This document shows, in pieces, positions 63,310-64,000 of a stretch of 64,000 nt of DNA. The notes under the pieces were generated by a model that was given only the letters and a program-made list of their open reading frames with translations, was not told the origin of the DNA and did not search any database. Location: the NCBI GenBank assembly GCA_048213135.1, contig PS015097.1:72679-136678 (forward strand), given 5' to 3'. The stretch's first letter is position 1. Every line of letters starts with the position of its first letter. A program made the position numbers and the translations under genes. This DNA is from Reclinomonas americana ATCC 50394 (Eukaryota).

Positions 63310-64000
63310 NNNNNNNNNNNNNNNNNNNNCACACACACTGTGTCACGCACAGATCAACGCACTGCGATCAATCCTCATTCTTCAATCCTCACCTGTCTGT
63401 CTCTTCTCCCTGTCGCAGGCCGAGTTGGAATCATCGTTTGTGGCTGGCGAGACATCGGCGTTCTTTGACACGTGGGCGAAGCGCGTTCAGGCGCGTGCAC
63501 GATCCACGGCCGATGGCGTGCGCCTGGAGTTCTTTTGTCGCGTGTACTTTGCGCTGTACAGTCACATGGTGGCGGAGCAGCGACCGGCGTCGGCCACGGT
63601 GGTGGGCACCAGTGGTTTGTCGGCCATTAGTGAGGCCGATAATCGGCGGCGAGTGCAGCACTTTCGGGAGTACCTGGAGACGCACAGCGATGAGTTGGCG
63701 TACTCGAGTGACTATCTGCCGTTCTTTGCGCTGCCGTACGTCTCCAACCCGAAGCGGCATCCCACCTTTGCTCACCTCTTCAAGGTTGGTGGCGATGTAT
63801 TACTTCATTCTTCCTCGTGTGTGCATGCGGTTCACGCAGAAAATGCGCAGTCGGAGTGGAGTGAGAGCCTGATGGTGGACGTGGAGGAGTTTGCGCGTGC
63901 GTGGCTGGTGTCGGCCACACAAAAGCCGCGACTGCTGGAGTTGGTGGCACAGGTAACATGTACATGATCGGTTGATGAAAGACAGTGGCCAGTGCTGACA
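62971..64000 (+). CDS. ARMC9: LisH domain-containing ciliary protein ARMC9 (3' truncated by window edge)
   Basis: LisH LIREFLGAQHYAETLTRFEEE, then LEFFCRVYFALY and FREYLETHSDELAYSSDYLPFFALPYVSNPKRHPTFAHLFK|SEW. Confidence 0.9.
63310..63329. other. Assembly gap (20 N) inside an ARMC9 intron microsatellite
   Basis: Run of N between (CT)n and (CA)n tracts. Confidence 0.99.

Noticed and set aside
1-64000. Alternative genetic code or stop-codon readthrough
   Set aside because: TAA, TAG and TGA all terminate genes, and in-frame stops fall inside predicted introns.

Overview
Gene-dense, intron-rich, GC-rich eukaryotic (protist) genomic DNA. It has about 19 multi-exon protein-coding genes, mostly 50-200 nt GT-AG introns, often <150 nt between genes, and no rRNA, tRNA, CRISPR or transposon that I can support. 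The RPL24 gene carries the insertion characteristic of Discoba; flagellar genes and abundant cis-introns suggest a jakobid-like flagellate (inference). Recognisable genes: kinase-HECT fusion, Nup88/82, an RCC1-repeat protein, a kelch/coiled-coil protein, an RRM protein, an LRR protein, UTP10, a degenerate adenylyl cyclase, PARN, RNPC3 (U11/U12-65K), SCAMP, an ankyrin protein, RPL24, two bacterial-like glycoside hydrolases, DNAAF2 and ARMC9. The main signal is in the splice donors. Alongside the usual G|GTNNG class there is an abundant second class, N|GTTNNG (mostly GTTGCG; about 50 by manual count). It is the same motif displaced one nucleotide from the cut site and is found almost only when the exon does not end in G. 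This looks like genome-wide use of shifted-register 5' splice-site recognition. Gene models were assembled by hand from reading-frame continuity and are unverified by transcripts.
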